DNA from: Actinomycetota bacterium
GTDB taxonomy: Bacteria; Actinomycetota; Thermoleophilia; Gaiellales; Gaiellaceae
Assembly (NCBI GenBank): GCA_046733295.1
Contig: JBKPOY010000038.1
Location: 4,951 to 68,950 of the forward strand
Direction of reading: 5' to 3'
Length of the DNA: 64,000 nt
Shown in pieces: positions 17,383 through 25,243 of the stretch. The translations under genes and the position numbers were made by a program. How positions within the stretch are numbered: position 1 is the stretch's first letter; each line of letters opens with the position of its first letter. Under the pieces are notes generated by a model that saw only the letters and a list, made by a program, of their open reading frames with translations, was not told the DNA's origin and made no database searches.

Positions 17383-18543
17383 GTGATGCCGGAGACGCCT
17401 CTCTCAATCGACGCTCTGCTCGAGCGCATGGTCGCGCTTGGCGCGTCCGACCTTCACATCACGGTCGGCTCGCCACCGGTCGCGCGCGTGAACGGAGCGC
17501 TCCAGCCCCTCGAGGGGCTGGAGCCGCTCGCGCCCGATCAGACGCACCAGATCCTCTACCGGATCCTCTCGACCGAGCAGCAGAAGCAGCTGGAGATCAA
17601 GCGTCAAATCGACATGGCGCACTCGATTCCCGGCCTCGCTCGCTTTCGCGTCAACGTCTACTTCCAGCGCGAGACGCTCGGCGCCGCCTTCCGGCTGATC
17701 CCGGCCGAGATCAAGACGCTCGAGGAGCTCGGGATTCCGACGAGCCTGCACGGCCTCACGGAGAGGCCGCGCGGCCTCGTGCTCGTGACCGGCCCGACCG
17801 GCTCGGGCAAGTCGACCACGCTGGCGGCCCTGATCGACGAGATCAACCGCAAGCGCCCCGAGCACATCCTCACGATCGAGGACCCGGTCGAGTTCGTTCA
17901 CCGCCACAAGAAGTGCATCGTCAACCAGCGCGAGATCGGCCCCGACACGCCGACGTTCGCGGAGGGCCTCCGGGCTGCGCTGCGCCAGGACCCCGACGTG
18001 ATCCTCCTCGGCGAGATGCGCGACCTCGAGACGATCGGGACGGCGATCACGGCCGCCGAGACGGGGCACCTCGTCTTCGCAACCCTGCACACGCAGAGCG
18101 CGCCGAGCACCGTCGACCGGATCATCGACGCGTTCCCGGGAGCGCAGCAGGAACAGATCCGCGTGCAGCTCGCTGCGACGCTTGAAGGGATCGTCACCCA
18201 GGCCCTGCTTCGCACGGCCGACGGAACGGGCCGCGTCGCAGCCCTCGAGATCCTTTATCCGGACGACGCCGTCCGGAACCTCATCCGCCAGGGCAAGGTC
18301 GAGCAGATCTACTCGGTCATGCAAACCGGGACCGGCAAGGGCATGCAGACGATGGAGCAGGCGCTTGCAGACCTGACGCTGCGGCGCATCATCACGCTCG
18401 AGACCGCCCTCAGCCGCTCCAGCAAGCCCGAGCAGCTGTTCGGGTTGCTCGAGCGGGCCGGCTTCGATGTCGGCGACGCCGCTGCGGGGCTCACGGTGGA
18501 GCCGCCGCCGCTCGCCGGAGCACTAAGGGTCGCGGGGAGCTAG
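17383..18543 (+). CDS. pilT: type IV pilus retraction ATPase PilT paralog 2
   Basis: GASDLHITVGSPP, Walker A GPTGSGKSTT, EDPVEF, TGHLVFATLHT. Confidence 0.93.
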   Translation: MMPETPLSIDALLERMVALGASDLHITVGSPPVARVNGALQPLEGLEPLAPDQTHQILYRILSTEQQKQLEIKRQIDMAHSIPGLARFRVNVYFQRETLGAAFRLIPAEIKTLEELGIPTSLHGLTERPRGLVLVTGPTGSGKSTTLAALIDEINRKRPEHILTIEDPVEFVHRHKKCIVNQREIGPDTPTFAEGLRAALRQDPDVILLGEMRDLETIGTAITAAETGHLVFATLHTQSAPSTVDRIIDAFPGAQQEQIRVQLAATLEGIVTQALLRTADGTGRVAALEILYPDDAVRNLIRQGKVEQIYSVMQTGTGKGMQTMEQALADLTLRRIITLETALSRSSKPEQLFGLLERAGFDVGDAAAGLTVEPPPLAGALRVAGS

Positions 18544-18545
18544 CG

Positions 18546-19940
18546 GTGGTCGACTGGAACAAGGAAGTCAAGCTCTCGGACGTCTTCGGGCGCAAGGACA
18601 AGTCCGAATCGGCCGGCGAGCAGGCACCCGAAGCGCCCGCCGAACCCGTCGAGACGCCCTCCCCGGCCGAGCCGAAGGCGCCCTTTTGGAAGCGCGAGAT
18701 CTCGCTCGGCGGCGGCAAGCCGAAGGCGGAGCGAAAGGCGAAGGAGCCCAAGCAGAAGCAGCCGAAGGCGGAGGAGAAGAAGAAGAAGGACGGCACGCCG
18801 TTCTACAAGCGTGAGCTCTCCTTCGGGTCGAAGGGCTCCTCGTCGAAGAAGCAGCTCAAGAGCGGCGCGAGCGGCCGGACGAAGAAGCTCGTCGGGCTGA
18901 AGCTCGGCGGCTCGCAGCTCGCGGCCGCGCGCGTCAACAACAACGGCGTGCCGGAGCTCGTGCAGCTCGCGCGGACGGATCTCGAGCCCGGGATCATCGT
19001 CGGCGGCGAGCTCCGCGATCCGGACCTGCTCGCCGAGTCGTTGAAGGAATTCTTCAGGGCGCACAAGCTGCCGCGCCAAGGTGTGCGGCTCGGCATTGCG
19101 AACAACCGGATCGGCGTCCGGATCTTCGACATCGCGGGGATCGAGGACGCCAATCAGCTCGAGAACGCAATCCGATTCCGCGCGCAGGAGGCACTGCCGA
19201 TCCCGATCGAGGAGGCGGTGCTCGACTACCACGTCCTCGACGAGCGGACGGACGAGGAAGGCCAGCCGCTGCGCCGCGTTCTGCTCGTCGTCGCGTACCG
19301 CGACCTCGTCGACCGCTACATCTCGGCCTGCAAGAAGGCCGGCATCAAGCTCGCGGGGATCGATCTCGAGGCCTTCGCGCTGCTGCGCGCGCTTGCGGAG
19401 CCGCCGGAGTTCGACGCGCCGCCCTCGAACGCGGCGCTCGTCGTGGTCTCGATCGGGCACGAGCGTTCGACCTTCGCCGTTTCAGACGGCCGGGTCTGCG
19501 AGTTCACCCGCGTGCTCGACTGGGGCGGCGCGACGCTGAACGTTGCGGTCGCGCGGGCCCTGGAGCTCGCTCCCTCGGAGGCGGAGCCTTTCAAGCGCAT
19601 GCTTTCGCTCTCGCACGACGACACGCCCGAGGGGCTGACGCAGGAACAGGCGGCCGCGGCTCGGGAGGCGCTTCGCAAGCAGCTCCAAGCGTTCGCGCGC
19701 GAGCTCGTCTCCTCGCTTCAGTTCTACCAGAACCAACCGGGGTCTCTCGGCATTGGCGAGATCGTGATCACAGGCGGTACCGCGCACCTGCACGGGCTCG
19801 CCGAGGAGCTCCACAAGCTGATCGGCGTTCGAGTGCGCGTCGGCGACCCGCTGGCCCGCGTCAAGCTCGGCAAGCGTGTCGGCGAGGCCGAGCAGGTCGG
19901 CTCGCTGGCCGTGGCGATCGGCCTGGGGATCGAGGACTAG
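18546..19940 (+). CDS. pilM: PilM (actin-like pilus assembly protein) with ~115-aa Lys-rich N-terminal extension
   Basis: GTG start 3 nt after pilT2. Core [18 protein letters not shown]...ITGGTAHLHGLAEEL. Confidence 0.88.
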   Translation: MVDWNKEVKLSDVFGRKDKSESAGEQAPEAPAEPVETPSPAEPKAPFWKREISLGGGKPKAERKAKEPKQKQPKAEEKKKKDGTPFYKRELSFGSKGSSSKKQLKSGASGRTKKLVGLKLGGSQLAAARVNNNGVPELVQLARTDLEPGIIVGGELRDPDLLAESLKEFFRAHKLPRQGVRLGIANNRIGVRIFDIAGIEDANQLENAIRFRAQEALPIPIEEAVLDYHVLDERTDEEGQPLRRVLLVVAYRDLVDRYISACKKAGIKLAGIDLEAFALLRALAEPPEFDAPPSNAALVVVSIGHERSTFAVSDGRVCEFTRVLDWGGATLNVAVARALELAPSEAEPFKRMLSLSHDDTPEGLTQEQAAAAREALRKQLQAFARELVSSLQFYQNQPGSLGIGEIVITGGTAHLHGLAEELHKLIGVRVRVGDPLARVKLGKRVGEAEQVGSLAVAIGLGIED

Positions 19941-20624
19941 ATGCGTGCGATCAACCTTCTGCCGAGGGACGACAAGCGCCGTTCCGGGGGGCCGAAGCCG
20001 CCGAACGCGGTGATCCTGACCGCCGTCATCGGCACGGTCGTCGTCACGGCCCTTCTGTGCGGCCTCTTCCTGGTGGCGCACGGCAAGGTCACGCACAAAC
20101 AGGCCGAGCTCGAAGGGCTGCAGCACGAGCTGACGGCGATTCCGAAGCCGGCTCAGGACCAGGTCGCCCGCTCCGACGCGCTCGTCGCCGACAAGCAGGG
20201 CCGGATCACGGCTTTGAACGCGGCGCTCGCCCGGCGCGTCGCCTGGGACCGTGTGCTGCGCGAGTTCGCGATGGTTCTTCCCGATGATGTCTGGCTGATC
20301 CGGCTGTCCGGCCAGCCGCCGACGCTGTCGACGTCGCTGACCGGCCCCGCGCCGGCGAGCTCGAGCAGCGCGACCGCGGCAGCCGCGGCGGCAGCGGGAA
20401 CGCAGGCGCCCCCGGGGGCGGCCACGGACACGTCCGTGATGTTCCAGGTCGAGGGCTACACGTACTCACACAGCGGTGTGGCGCGACTGCTCACCCGGAT
20501 GCAGGTGATCCCGGACTTCGAGCACGTGCAGTTGCTGACGAGCGAGGCCGGCGAGCGGGGCGGCCGCAAGGTCGTCCACTTCAAGGTCGGTGCCGACGTG
20601 CGCCAGCCGGGAGGCACGTCGTGA
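19941..20624 (+). CDS. pilN: PilN-like pilus assembly protein
   Basis: N-terminal MRAINLLPRD (INLLP PilM-binding motif), single TM helix, coiled coil. Confidence 0.8.
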   Translation: MRAINLLPRDDKRRSGGPKPPNAVILTAVIGTVVVTALLCGLFLVAHGKVTHKQAELEGLQHELTAIPKPAQDQVARSDALVADKQGRITALNAALARRVAWDRVLREFAMVLPDDVWLIRLSGQPPTLSTSLTGPAPASSSSATAAAAAAAGTQAPPGAATDTSVMFQVEGYTYSHSGVARLLTRMQVIPDFEHVQLLTSEAGERGGRKVVHFKVGADVRQPGGTS

Positions 20625-21319
20625 GGAAGAAGACGCCCCAGTCCGTCTGGATCGCCGCCGTCGTGGGCGGGCTTCTCCTCATGATCGTGCTCGGGTTCTT
20701 CGTGATCGTGTCGCCGCAGCGCGGCAAGGCGTCGGATCTGAAGGATCAGATCGCCGACGTCCAGCAGCAGATCGACGACGCCCATGCGCTCGTGGCAAAA
20801 GCCAAGAACGCGCAGAAGGTCAAGGTCGCGGATCTCTTCAAGCTGACGAAGGCGATGCCGGACAACCCCGACGAGGCCGGCGTCCTGCTCGACATCAACG
20901 ATGTCGCGCGCGTCAGCGGTGTCGAGTTCAACTCGATCAATGTCGACGCGTCCGTGACCCTCTCCACGTATCAGGTGATTCCGCTGCGGCTCGAGTTCGA
21001 CGGGAACTACTACGCGCTCACGGATTTCCTCTTCCGCCTGCGGAACCTCGTGGACGTCCACCGCGGCGCACTCGACGCCAGCGGTCGCCTCTTCGCCGTC
21101 GACAACCTCGCGCTCGACGAGAGCACGCGCCAGTTCCCGCGTATCCGCGCGCAGATCAAGATCGACGCGTTCGTCTACGGAACCGGGACTCCGGCTGACG
21201 TTGCGCCCGCGCAGAGCTCGACCGCGGCCACCGGTTCGGCCACCGCGGCGACACCGCCGCCCGCGGCGGCGCCGCCGGCGCCCAGCACCGGGGCAGCGGC
21301 CGCAGGAGGGACGCCGTAA
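20621..21319 (+). CDS. pilO: PilO-like pilus assembly protein
   Basis: TM helix + coiled coil + ferredoxin-like core (IPLRLEFDGNYYALTDFLFRLRNL). GTGA overlap with pilN. Confidence 0.75.
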   Translation: MRKKTPQSVWIAAVVGGLLLMIVLGFFVIVSPQRGKASDLKDQIADVQQQIDDAHALVAKAKNAQKVKVADLFKLTKAMPDNPDEAGVLLDINDVARVSGVEFNSINVDASVTLSTYQVIPLRLEFDGNYYALTDFLFRLRNLVDVHRGALDASGRLFAVDNLALDESTRQFPRIRAQIKIDAFVYGTGTPADVAPAQSSTAATGSATAATPPPAAAPPAPSTGAAAAGGTP

Positions 21320-22113
21320 TGGCCAAGAAGGTCGACCCGGTCAAGGCGAAGGCGGCGCGACAGAAGAAGATCGCGATCGTCGGCGGCGTGCTGCTGCTCG
21401 GCCTGTTGGCCTTCCAGCTGCCGCGGACGATGAAGCTGCTCAACAACCCCGGCAACGTGACGACGAGCGCCGCCACGACCACGAGCACCACGACGCCGGG
21501 CTCGACTCCGCTCGCGCCGCCGACGCTCGAGGGCGGCTCTGCCGCGACGTCGCCCTCGAGCCCGAGCGGATCCGGCGGCTCGTCCGTCGCGACCTCCGAC
21601 GACGGCGTTCAAGATCCGAGCAATCCGCTTCCGGCGAGCTCGGGCCAGCTGATCTCGTTCAATCGGTTCAAGAGCAAGGACCCGTTCAATCAGCAGATCA
21701 CCGACTGCGGCACGGGCGCGTGCGCCTCGAGCCCCGCCGGTGCGGGTTCGGGCGCGAGCACGGGGTCCGGCGCTGCGACCACTGCTTCCGGCGGCACGGG
21801 CGGCGGCACCGGCACCGCTACCGCCGGCGTGACACCGACGGGTGCGACGGCCGGAGCGGCCGCCAAGGTCACGAGCGCGACCGTCTCCGTGAACGGCAAG
21901 GTCGAGCGGGTGACGGTCGGCAAGAGCTTCCCCGCCGCCGACCCGGTCTTCGTCCTGCTGGCACTGACGGGCAAGCGAGCGATGATCGGCATCGCCGGCG
22001 GCTCGCTCGAGAGCGGCGCCGACGGCGTCGGGCTCGGGCTCGGCAAGACCCTGACGCTTCAGAACACCGCTGACGGCGCGAGCTACGTGCTCAGGCTCGT
22101 CCGTACGGCGTAG
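21319..22113 (+). CDS. bitopic membrane protein, possibly PilP-like
   Basis: TM helix, Ser/Thr/Gly-rich linker, FKSKDPF motif, C-terminal beta domain (VSVNGKVERVTVGKSF...). TAATG junction with pilO. Confidence 0.45.
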   Translation: MAKKVDPVKAKAARQKKIAIVGGVLLLGLLAFQLPRTMKLLNNPGNVTTSAATTTSTTTPGSTPLAPPTLEGGSAATSPSSPSGSGGSSVATSDDGVQDPSNPLPASSGQLISFNRFKSKDPFNQQITDCGTGACASSPAGAGSGASTGSGAATTASGGTGGGTGTATAGVTPTGATAGAAAKVTSATVSVNGKVERVTVGKSFPAADPVFVLLALTGKRAMIGIAGGSLESGADGVGLGLGKTLTLQNTADGASYVLRLVRTA

Positions 22114-22117
22114 TTCG

Positions 22118-22696
22118 TCACGCTTCCGTAACGGTGTCCGACACCGCGGGTGGGGCTGACGCCACGAATTCTTCGTAGCGCGCCCGCGCCTCCTCCGGCG
22201 CCCGGCCGAAGAATCGGAGGAGCTCGTTGACGGCGAGGAACGGCGGCACGAAAGACTTGCCCGTGCTGGCGCGGTAGCTGCTCCAGCGCCAACTCTCCGG
22301 CTTCTCGCAGAGGCCGGCTCGCACCGGGTTGAGGACGACGTAGCGCGACACCTCGAGCAGGTGCGGGTCGCGCTTCAGCCGGGTCGAGAAGAAGTGTTGC
22401 CTGAAGAGGTGGTCGCGCCGCCGGTATCGCTGGTTCGTTGCCCTTGAGTAGCCGCTCAGGAGCTCTTGCATGCCCGGCGAAAGACCGCCGTCTGGAGTGC
22501 GAAGGACGAGGTGGAAATGGTTGGACATGAGGCAGTACGCGAGGCAGAGCCAGTGATGTCGATGGACGACACGATCGAGCCGCCAGCAGAAGTGCCGGCG
22601 ATCCCGATCATCGAAGTAGATGTCCTGCCCGCCGTTGCCCCGAGCGGCCACGTGGTACAGCCCGCCGGGAAAGTCTTCGCGTGGGCGGCGCGCCAT
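22118..22696 (-). CDS. REP-associated tyrosine transposase (RayT; IS200/IS605-like Y1 HUH enzyme)
   Basis: LYHVAARGN, HUH motif SNHFHLVLRT, GYSRATNQRY...LFRQHF, ESWRWSSY tail. REP copies lie on both sides. Confidence 0.85.
   Translation of the reverse strand: MARRPREDFPGGLYHVAARGNGGQDIYFDDRDRRHFCWRLDRVVHRHHWLCLAYCLMSNHFHLVLRTPDGGLSPGMQELLSGYSRATNQRYRRRDHLFRQHFFSTRLKRDPHLLEVSRYVVLNPVRAGLCEKPESWRWSSYRASTGKSFVPPFLAVNELLRFFGRAPEEARARYEEFVASAPPAVSDTVTEA
22126..22147 (+). repeat. REP family 1 copy, inside the last codons of rayT
   Basis: CCGTAACGGTGTCCGACACCGC. Confidence 0.65.
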
Positions 22697-22767
22697 GCCT
22701 CCACGGTAGGCCGCCGCCGCTCCCGAGACGGCCGGCGTGCGTCTTCCGGCACGAAGCTGTCACCGTC

Positions 22768-22788
22768 TCGTAACGGTGTCCGACGTGA
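22768..22788 (+). repeat. REP family 1 copy, upstream of rayT
   Basis: TCGTAACGGTGTCCGACGTGA. Confidence 0.65.
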
Positions 22789-22830
22789 GGCCGGGCCCGG
22801 CACGGCCCCGACCGAAGGAGCGGCGGCCCG

Positions 22831-23382
22831 TTACGTCGTCGGGCAGCCCGGGGCGTAGGGCAGCGCGGTCGAGCAGTCGAACGTGGTCGTCGAGCGCGCC
22901 AGAACCTTGCCCGGGTTCATCCCGTCGCGCACCACCACGGTGATCTTCCGCACGGTGCGGCTCGCGGCGACGGGGTGGTCGCTGAGGATGTAGGTGTCGA
23001 CCCGGTACTTGTGCCGGTCGGGCCCGACCACCGACCGGCTGGGGTTGCACTGCTGCGTGACCGTCGTGCACGTGCCCTGCACGAGCGCCGAGGTCGAGTT
23101 CGGGCACGCCCCGCCCAGGACGGAGTCGCACTTGTAGGTGGTGTCGACCGTCGCCAAGGATCCGCTGTCGAGTGAGAGCTGATCCCACGTCAGCGCTCGG
23201 TACAGCTCGATCTGCTGATCGGCGAGCACCGAGGCCGTGGCGGTCAGGCTCGAGCGCCTCAGGGTGACGACGCCGGAGTTGAACGCCGCCACGATCGCGA
23301 GGATCCCGATGTTCAGGACCACGATCGCGATCAGCAGCTCGATCAGCCCGAAGCCGCCTTCTTGCCGCAAGCGCGCACGCAC
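22831..23382 (-). CDS. PilV-like minor pilin (prepilin-type N-terminal domain)
   Basis: QEGG|FGLIELLIAIVVLNIGILAIVAAF. Cys-rich C-terminal domain. GTG start with no SD. Confidence 0.75.
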   Translation of the reverse strand: MRARLRQEGGFGLIELLIAIVVLNIGILAIVAAFNSGVVTLRRSSLTATASVLADQQIELYRALTWDQLSLDSGSLATVDTTYKCDSVLGGACPNSTSALVQGTCTTVTQQCNPSRSVVGPDRHKYRVDTYILSDHPVAASRTVRKITVVVRDGMNPGKVLARSTTTFDCSTALPYAPGCPTT

Positions 23383-23390
23383 GTGAAGGG

Positions 23391-23418
23391 GTATCGGCAG
23401 GACACGGGCGCCTCAAGA
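23391..23418 (-). promoter_or_regulatory. sigma-28-like promoter box upstream of the pilV-like gene
   Basis: Minus strand reads TCTT-N16-GCCGATAC, with 8 nt to GTG 23382. The -35 tetramer overlaps that of the divergent pilC box. Confidence 0.45.
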
Positions 23419-23440
23419 CCCCCCTTTCGCCTGCCGATAG
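23413..23440 (+). promoter_or_regulatory. sigma-28-like promoter box upstream of pilC
   Basis: TCAA-N16-GCCGATAG, with 9 nt to ATG 23450. TTG 23444 is only 3 nt away. Confidence 0.5.
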
Positions 23441-23443
23441 GCC

Positions 23444-24661
23444 TTGTACATGGCGGCCTTTGCTTACAGCGCCATCAATGCGCAGGGGATGGAGCTCGCC
23501 GGCGAGATCCATGCCCCCGATCCCGAAGCGGCGCGCGAGCAGCTGCGTGTCCGCGGGCTGCTCGCGGAGCGCCTCGACGAGCTGCCCGCGAGCGGCGAGG
23601 AGGGCGTCCGCACCGTCTTCAAGAAGATCAAGCCGAAAACCCTCCAGATCTTCTCCCGCCAGTTCGCGACGATGATCGAGGCGGGATTGAACGTCGTCGG
23701 CTCGCTGGTCATCCTCGAGCAGCAGACCGAGGATCCCTACTTCGCCTCCGTTGTGCGCGAGCTCCGCGCCGACGTCGAGGGCGGCCTCCTCCTCTCGCAG
23801 GCGATGGCGCGTCACCCGAAGATCTTCGACCGCCTCTACGTCTCGATGGTCGAGGCGGGCGAGGCGGCCGGAATCCTGGACGTCGTCCTCGACCGCGTCG
23901 CCTACCAGATCGAGAAGGCGACCCAGCTGAAGCGCCGGGTCAAGGGCGCGATGATGTACCCGACGATGGTCTTGCTCTTCGCGACCCTCGTCCTCATCGG
24001 CCTGCTGATGTTCCTCGTGCCGGTCTTCGTGCGGATCTTCGCGACGCTGAACGGGGAGCTGCCGACGCTGACCCAATACGTCGTCAACGTCTCGAACCTG
24101 CTCCGCAACGACTGGTACATCATCTTCCCGTCCGTGATCGCCCTGTTCTTCGGGATCAGGCGCTTCAAGAAGACGGAGCAGGGCCGGCAGCTGTGGGACC
24201 GGATCAAGCTGAAGATCCCAATGAAGATCGGCGACGTCGTCCTGAAGGTGACGATGGCGCGCTTCTCGCGAACGCTTTCGACCCTCGTCGCCGCTGGCGT
24301 CGACATCATCAAGTCGCTGGAGATCACCGGCCAGACGGCCGGTAACTGGGTGATCGAAAGCGCCCTAGCCGACCTCCGGGCCAAGGTGCACCAGGGCGTC
24401 CCGATCGCGCAGCCCCTGATCGAGAACGACATCTTCCCCCCGATGGTCAGCCAAATGGTCAAGATCGGCGAGGAGACCGGTGAGCTCGAGAAGATGCTCT
24501 CCAAGATCGCGGACTTCTACGAGGACGAGGTCGACGCCGCCATCCAGACGCTCACCTCGATCATCGAGCCGCTGATGATGATCCTGGTCGGAATGATGGT
24601 CGGCGTCATCGTCATCTCGATGTATCTGCCGATGTTCAAGATGCTCAGCCTCGTCAAGTAG
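23444..24661 (+). CDS. pilC: type IV pilus platform protein PilC (GspF family)
   Basis: Two T2SSF repeats and three TM regions. ...FSRQFATMIEAGL... and ...FSRTLSTLVAAGV.... Likely true start ATG 23450 (MAAFAYSAI). Confidence 0.92.
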   Translation: MYMAAFAYSAINAQGMELAGEIHAPDPEAAREQLRVRGLLAERLDELPASGEEGVRTVFKKIKPKTLQIFSRQFATMIEAGLNVVGSLVILEQQTEDPYFASVVRELRADVEGGLLLSQAMARHPKIFDRLYVSMVEAGEAAGILDVVLDRVAYQIEKATQLKRRVKGAMMYPTMVLLFATLVLIGLLMFLVPVFVRIFATLNGELPTLTQYVVNVSNLLRNDWYIIFPSVIALFFGIRRFKKTEQGRQLWDRIKLKIPMKIGDVVLKVTMARFSRTLSTLVAAGVDIIKSLEITGQTAGNWVIESALADLRAKVHQGVPIAQPLIENDIFPPMVSQMVKIGEETGELEKMLSKIADFYEDEVDAAIQTLTSIIEPLMMILVGMMVGVIVISMYLPMFKMLSLVK

Positions 24662-24703
24662 CCGCGGGGGAGACGTTTTGTCCGGCACGAGGCCGGAGAG
24701 CCG

Positions 24704-25243
24704 ATGGGCGTGAATGACGCTCTGCTCGTCATCGACGTCATCCCGAGTCTCGATCACGAGGACGCGGGCGAGCTGCTGGACTCTTTTCGGCAGCGCCTGT
24801 CCGACATGCGCGCGGCGATCGATCGCGCACGCGAGCGTGGGATTCCCGTGATCTACGTGAACGATCACGAGGGACGCTGGGACAGCGATGCTCCGGGACT
24901 GGTTCGGGATGCCCTGGAGAGCCCGGCCGGTGACGTCGTCAGGGAGCTCGGTCCGAAGCAGGGCGATCACTTCGTGCTCAAGCCGCGGTACTCGACCTTC
25001 GACCGCACTCCGTTGCAGCTCCTGTTGAAGGAGCTGGAGGCCGAACGCCTCCTACTCGTGGGGGCGACGACGGAGGGCTGCATCGTCCAGTCGGGGATCG
25101 ATGCCCGCGAGCTGGGCTACAAGGTGACGATCGTCGCGACCGCCTGCGCAACGACCGACGAACACCTCGAGGAGGTGTCGCTGCGCTACGCCGAGCAGGT
25201 CGGCGGCATGCGGATTGCGGAGAGTGTCGAGGAGGCGCTCTAG
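24704..25243 (+). CDS. isochorismatase-family cysteine hydrolase
   Basis: ALLVIDV, KPRYSTF, GATTEGCIVQSG (Asp-Lys-Cys triad context). Confidence 0.85.
   Translation: MGVNDALLVIDVIPSLDHEDAGELLDSFRQRLSDMRAAIDRARERGIPVIYVNDHEGRWDSDAPGLVRDALESPAGDVVRELGPKQGDHFVLKPRYSTFDRTPLQLLLKELEAERLLLVGATTEGCIVQSGIDARELGYKVTIVATACATTDEHLEEVSLRYAEQVGGMRIAESVEEAL

Noticed and set aside
22828-22843. CCCGTTACGTCGTCGGG at the pilV-like stop codon, whose reverse complement contains CGTAACGGG, as a possible fifth REP copy.
   Set aside because: Only the CGTAACGG head matches, and the palindromic GGTGTCCGAC core is missing.
24700-24707. GCCGATGG overlapping the ATG of the isochorismatase-like gene.
   Set aside because: There is no -35 tetramer at N15-17, no in-frame start 7-9 nt downstream, and the box has two mismatches at the critical 3' end.
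25240-25243. Convergent 4-nt overlap of the isochorismatase-like and pdxH stop codons (CTAG).
   Set aside because: The palindromic CTAG simply provides TAG on both strands. This is a curiosity with no evident function.
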